Below are positions 59,459-64,000 of a stretch of 64,000 nucleotides of DNA, piece after piece. The stretch is from Acetatifactor sp. (lineage in GTDB: Bacteria > Bacillota > Clostridia > Lachnospirales > Lachnospiraceae): contig CAVFYJ010000002.1 of NCBI GenBank assembly GCA_963626545.1, forward strand, positions 18,263 through 82,262, written 5' to 3'. Below the pieces are notes generated by a model, which was not told the origin of the DNA, ran no database searches, and was given only the letters and a program-made list of their open reading frames with translations. Numbering within the stretch: the first letter of the stretch is position 1; the number at the start of each line of letters is the position of its first letter. A program made the translations under genes and the position numbers.

Positions 59459-62182
59459 ATGGCAATTTACGTGAATAAAGAAAAAGGACTGTTTCAACTG
59501 AATACAGCGCATACAAGCTACGCGATGGGCTTATCGCCAGAAGGCTATTTGGGGCATGTTTATTATGGAGAGCGTCTGCATGGTGAGGCGGATTTGAGTT
59601 TGCTTCGCATGAACGAGAAATTCCGTACACCGACAAAAATTCCGGGAGAAAAATCCAGATTTTTGGATTTCTTTGCGATGGAATATCCGACAGGAGGAAT
59701 CGGTGATTACAGGGAAAGCTGTCTGGATGTAAGAAACGAACAGGGAAATCTGGCATGTGAGCTTTTTTATGATGGATATCGAGTTGAGAAAGGAAAACCA
59801 GCATTAAAAGGACTGCCAGCTTCTTTTGGAACGGACGATGAGGTGGAAACACTTGTGATTGTTTGCAAGGATGAGGTGCTTGGTCTGACAGTAGAATTAC
59901 TGTACTCTGTATTTGAGGCAGAGGACGTGATTTGTCGAAGTGCAAAAATCGTCAATGAAGGAACACAAAAGCTTGTGCTTGAGAAGGTCTATAGTGCCTG
60001 CATTGAGATGGATAATGAGAAATTTGAAGTGTTGACACTTCCTGGTTCCTGGGAACGTGAGCGCCACATTGAAAGACACGCTGTCTTTTCTGGAAAAATG
60101 AGAAGTTCTTCAAATAGAGGTTCCTCTGGTCATCAGGATCATCCATTTTTCGCACTTTTGTCAAAGGGCACTGATCAGGAGCGTGGACGTGTTTTGGCAA
60201 TGAATTTTGTGTATTCTGGAAATTTTGTCGCACAGGCAGAGGGAACACAGTTTCAGACGGTTCGCATGGTGATGGGAATCAATGAAGATGGTTTTTCGTG
60301 GCGCTTAGGACCACAGGAAATGTTTCAGGCACCTGAGGTTGTCATGACATATTCATCTGAGGGAATTGGCAAAATGACCTGCACGTATCACGATTTTTAT
60401 CGAAATCATTTAATTCGCAGCAAGTACACCCATTGTATGCGACCGATTCTGATCAACAACTGGGAAGCAACCTACTTTAATTTTGATACAGAAAAGCTGC
60501 TTTCGATTGCGAGAAAAGCAAAGGAAACTGGCATTGAGATGCTGGTCATGGATGATGGCTGGTTCGGAAAAAGAAATGATTCACGTAGCTCCCTTGGAGA
60601 TTGGTTTGTCAATACCAATAAGATAAAAGGTGGATTGGAGTATCTGGTGAGTGAAGTAAATAAGATCGGGTTGGAATTTGGCATTTGGTTTGAGCCAGAG
60701 ATGGTATCACCAGATTCGGATTTGTATCGGGCGCATCCAGATTGGGCGATTCAGATCGAAGGAAGACAGACACCACTGTTTCGTACCCAGTATGTGCTTG
60801 ATTTTTCAAGAAAGGATGTGCGGGATTATGTGTATGATGCGGTGGCATCCATTCTTCGCAGCGCAAATATCCACTATGTAAAATGGGATTTAAATCGCTA
60901 TACCAGCAATGTGGGTGGCAGAATGCTGTCCGGAGATGGTGTTGGCGAATTGCAGCACCGCTATATGCTTGGTGTGTATGAGCTTCAGGAGCGACTGATC
61001 ACAGAGTTTCCAGATTTGCTGTTAGAAAACTGTGCGAGTGGAGGCGGACGCTTTGATCCGGGAATGCTGTATTATTCGCCGCAGATTTGGTGCTCCGATG
61101 ATACCGATGCGATTGAGCGATTGAGCATACAGGAGGGTACGGCAATCGTCTATCCGCTTGCCACAATGGGCGCACATGTGAGTGCATCGCCAAATCATGG
61201 AATCGGAAGAAAAACACCGTTTGAGACGAGAGGGCATGTGGCATTGGCAGGAACCTTTGGTTATGAATTGGATATCACACAGCTTGGGGAGGATGAACTT
61301 TCGCAGATTCCAAAGCAGGTAGAAATGTATCATAAATACAATGATTTGGTAAGAGAGGGAGATTATTATCGCATTGCTTCTTACAGCGAAAATCATCTGT
61401 ATGATTGTTGGGAAGTGGCGGCGAAGGACAAGAGTGAAGTGCTTGTGACCTATGTACAGGTACTTGCAGAGCCAAACAGTCGTAGCAAAAAATTGTATTT
61501 GAGAGGCTTTGACTGTGAAGCATCGTATCAGCTAGAAGAGACAGGAGAAATTTTCCGTGGAGAAAATTTGGAAAAATGTGGATTCCTTATGGAAGCGATG
61601 AAGGGTGATTTTGTGAGCCGACTGCTGCATTTTGTACGGGTAGATACAGAAAAAAAGCTGATTATTTTTACTGATATCGGAGATACGATAATTGATGAAA
61701 GCACAGAGGTATATAAGGTGCCAGGCAGCGTGGTGGATCATGCAGAATGCATTCCGGGGGCAAAGCAGACGATGCTTTCTCTCTATGAGAAGGGATATCC
61801 AATCGTTATGGTAGCCGATGGATTCACACAGTCTTTCCACAATACGATGGGACAAAGTGGTCTTTCTCATATCTTTTCGGAGTGGGTAACTTCGGAGGAG
61901 GTCGGTGCAGAAAAGCCAAGCGCAGCGATGTTTGAGACGGCAATGAAGCGCATGGGACTTACAGAGCGCGACAAGGCACGCATCATCATGGTGGGAAATA
62001 ATGTGGAGCGTGATATGGCAGGTGCAAATCGTTTTGGCATTCGTTCTGTGCATTTATGCTGGTCAAAGCGTCATCCGTTTGAACCAAAAACGCCGGATGA
62101 AGTGCCGGATTATGTGATTTCGACACCAAGCGAATTGCTTCCGCTTGTGGAGAAACTGGAAACAGAGCTAGAAGAACAATAA
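59459..62182 (+). CDS. GH36 alpha-galactosidase fused to C-terminal HAD hydrolase
   Basis: NNWEATYF, VMDDGWFG, FGIWFEPEM, YVKWD, CASGGGRFD, WCSDDTD; C-terminal DIGDT...EKP...GNNVERD. Confidence 0.9.
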   Translation: MAIYVNKEKGLFQLNTAHTSYAMGLSPEGYLGHVYYGERLHGEADLSLLRMNEKFRTPTKIPGEKSRFLDFFAMEYPTGGIGDYRESCLDVRNEQGNLACELFYDGYRVEKGKPALKGLPASFGTDDEVETLVIVCKDEVLGLTVELLYSVFEAEDVICRSAKIVNEGTQKLVLEKVYSACIEMDNEKFEVLTLPGSWERERHIERHAVFSGKMRSSSNRGSSGHQDHPFFALLSKGTDQERGRVLAMNFVYSGNFVAQAEGTQFQTVRMVMGINEDGFSWRLGPQEMFQAPEVVMTYSSEGIGKMTCTYHDFYRNHLIRSKYTHCMRPILINNWEATYFNFDTEKLLSIARKAKETGIEMLVMDDGWFGKRNDSRSSLGDWFVNTNKIKGGLEYLVSEVNKIGLEFGIWFEPEMVSPDSDLYRAHPDWAIQIEGRQTPLFRTQYVLDFSRKDVRDYVYDAVASILRSANIHYVKWDLNRYTSNVGGRMLSGDGVGELQHRYMLGVYELQERLITEFPDLLLENCASGGGRFDPGMLYYSPQIWCSDDTDAIERLSIQEGTAIVYPLATMGAHVSASPNHGIGRKTPFETRGHVALAGTFGYELDITQLGEDELSQIPKQVEMYHKYNDLVREGDYYRIASYSENHLYDCWEVAAKDKSEVLVTYVQVLAEPNSRSKKLYLRGFDCEASYQLEETGEIFRGENLEKCGFLMEAMKGDFVSRLLHFVRVDTEKKLIIFTDIGDTIIDESTEVYKVPGSVVDHAECIPGAKQTMLSLYEKGYPIVMVADGFTQSFHNTMGQSGLSHIFSEWVTSEEVGAEKPSAAMFETAMKRMGLTERDKARIIMVGNNVERDMAGANRFGIRSVHLCWSKRHPFEPKTPDEVPDYVISTPSELLPLVEKLETELEEQ

Positions 62183-62253
62183 AAATTGGTAATGATGCAG
62201 CGTTGCACGTTGTCTATGCAGCGCTGAATTGTTATAAGAAGGAGCGTGAGAAC

Positions 62254-64000
62254 GTGGTAAAAAAATTTATTCTTGTTTTTAAAACGCACTTTGATATTGG
62301 ATTTACTGATCTGGCAGAAAATGTAATTCGAGGCTACGGAGATTCGATGTTAAAAGAGGTCATTGAAACCTGCAATGCGACAGCGGACATGGGACTGCTT
62401 CGCTATGTTTGGACAATGCCAGCATGGCCGCTGTGGTATATCACAAAAAATTGCAATCCAGTATTAAAGCCAGAGCTTGATCGTCTGATTCATGAGGGGC
62501 AGATTGTGTGGCATGGTCTTCCGTTTACCTCACATACGGATTTTTCTGCACCAGACGAGTATGCAGAGACGTTTCGCTATTCGAGGGAGTTGGCAGCTGA
62601 GTATCAAAAGCCCATGCCGGTGGCAGCGAAAATGACAGATGTGCCGGGTCATGGCTGGATGCTTCCAGATGTGCTTGATCAGGCAGGCATTCACTTTCTT
62701 CATCTGGGCTGCAATGAGTTTGCAACGCCTCCAGATGTGCCAGAGCTGTTTTTCTGGGAAGGACCGGGAGGCGGCAGGGTATTAACCATGTATAGCAAGG
62801 GTGGCTATGGAACAGGGCTGTTTCCGCCAAAGGAATGGCCGTATCCAGTCTGGATGGCACTGATGCACACACATGACAACAGTGGCCCGCAGAGTGCATC
62901 TGCAATCAAAAAGATGGTAGCGCAGATACATGAAGAATATCCAGATGCTGAGATTATCTGTGGCACAATGGATGATTTTTATCGTGAGATGGCACAGTGC
63001 GATTTATCGGATATTCCAGTCTTAAAAAAGGATTTGGCAGATACCTGGATTCACGGAGTTGGCTCTTACCCAGCAGAGGTCAGCCTGGTGCGCCAGTGCA
63101 GAGAGCGGGCACGAGTGCTTCATCACATATATTTCAATCAGCTGATGAAAAAAGATGGTAGCAATGCACCTGCGATTGAACAATTGTGGAATCAATATTA
63201 TGAGGAGATTGCGCTGTTTGAGGAGCATACATGGGGCGCAGATGTGAAAACATGGCTTGGCGCAGATCGTGTTTACGAAAAAGAAGCATTTTTGCAGGCG
63301 AAAAATGAACCGCGCTATCAGTTTATGGAAAAATCATGGAATGAACAGCGCGGACGGGCAAAGCGAGCCGCCCATTGTCTTGACCAGATTGAAGTGCTGC
63401 TTGGGATTACACATTCTGCTTTCTATTCTGATTCAGTGAAAAATGAGCTTCAATTAGAGCAGGCAGGTAATTTGGTGATTGCGTCAAGCCATCGCTATCA
63501 GCTTGTTTTTAATTGGTTCACTGGTAACATTCAATTTGTGTATGACAGGAAAAACAAAAAAACAATTTTGCAGGCAGGAGAACAAGGCCTTTTCACCTAC
63601 CAGTATGATCGCTATGGTTTCGATGATATCAATGAATTTTTGCGAAACTATGGCTATCACTTCTTAACGTGGGGCATTCAGGATTACGGAAGAGAAAACT
63701 ATCCGACTCGAACCACGCATAAAACCTTCTACCCAGAGTTTGTGCGATGGGAGATTCAGCAAGAAGCACTGCTCTTTCATTACAAAACTGATGAGAGCAG
63801 TACAAAGTATGGCGATGCGAAGGAAATCACCTTGCGTATTGCCTTTCCAAAGAAAGACGATACGATTCACATAACGCTCAAACTTACAAATAAGCAGGAA
63901 ACTCCATTTGTCGAGTCGGGAAGCTTTGTGATTCCATTTGTGAACGGAGCATCCTGGCAGATCGGAAAGCCGGGTGGCATTGTCAATCCACAGACGGATA
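62254..64000 (+). CDS. GH38-like/DUF5054 glycoside hydrolase, partial (runs off window; absent from ORF track)
   Basis: GTG start after AAGGAG; MVKKFILVFKTHFDIGFTD, TDVPGH, HDNSGP, DTWIHG, EHTWG. Confidence 0.82.
   Translation, partial: MVKKFILVFKTHFDIGFTDLAENVIRGYGDSMLKEVIETCNATADMGLLRYVWTMPAWPLWYITKNCNPVLKPELDRLIHEGQIVWHGLPFTSHTDFSAPDEYAETFRYSRELAAEYQKPMPVAAKMTDVPGHGWMLPDVLDQAGIHFLHLGCNEFATPPDVPELFFWEGPGGGRVLTMYSKGGYGTGLFPPKEWPYPVWMALMHTHDNSGPQSASAIKKMVAQIHEEYPDAEIICGTMDDFYREMAQCDLSDIPVLKKDLADTWIHGVGSYPAEVSLVRQCRERARVLHHIYFNQLMKKDGSNAPAIEQLWNQYYEEIALFEEHTWGADVKTWLGADRVYEKEAFLQAKNEPRYQFMEKSWNEQRGRAKRAAHCLDQIEVLLGITHSAFYSDSVKNELQLEQAGNLVIASSHRYQLVFNWFTGNIQFVYDRKNKKTILQAGEQGLFTYQYDRYGFDDINEFLRNYGYHFLTWGIQDYGRENYPTRTTHKTFYPEFVRWEIQQEALLFHYKTDESSTKYGDAKEITLRIAFPKKDDTIHITLKLTNKQETPFVESGSFVIPFVNGASWQIGKPGGIVNPQTD

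Overview
Chromosomal window from a Firmicute, probably a gut Lachnospiraceae-type Clostridia (inferred from gene content and RBS style). The housekeeping backbone comprises a dnaJ-like gene, pckA, gdpP-rplI-dnaB, tRNA-Phe/Gly/Gly and metY. It also has two carbohydrate-utilisation loci, an ApbE flavinylation/extracytosolic redox divergon with DtxR-family-like boxes, and two different TnpB elements. The main discovery is a visibly AT-richer ~19-kb accessory island (8.3-27.1 kb) with no integrase or relaxase. It encodes an XRE regulator, a CFI-box-CTERM repeat protein, an unannotated 56-aa Cys-rich peptide next to a radical SAM/SPASM enzyme, and an intact plus a degenerate TrwB/TraD-like ATPase flanked by two paralogous small proteins (one unannotated). 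It also carries a transglutaminase-like protein, two tandem kinase/vWA/PP2C (TerY-phosphorylation-type) triads, TerY-C, a RanBP2-ZnF membrane protein, a Sel1 protein and YbjN. Three island promoters share the same architecture: a TTATC-N6-GATAA-like palindrome exactly 6 nt upstream of TTGACA. This suggests one co-regulated stress/defence system. Functional assignments come from motif recognition only; no database searches were run.
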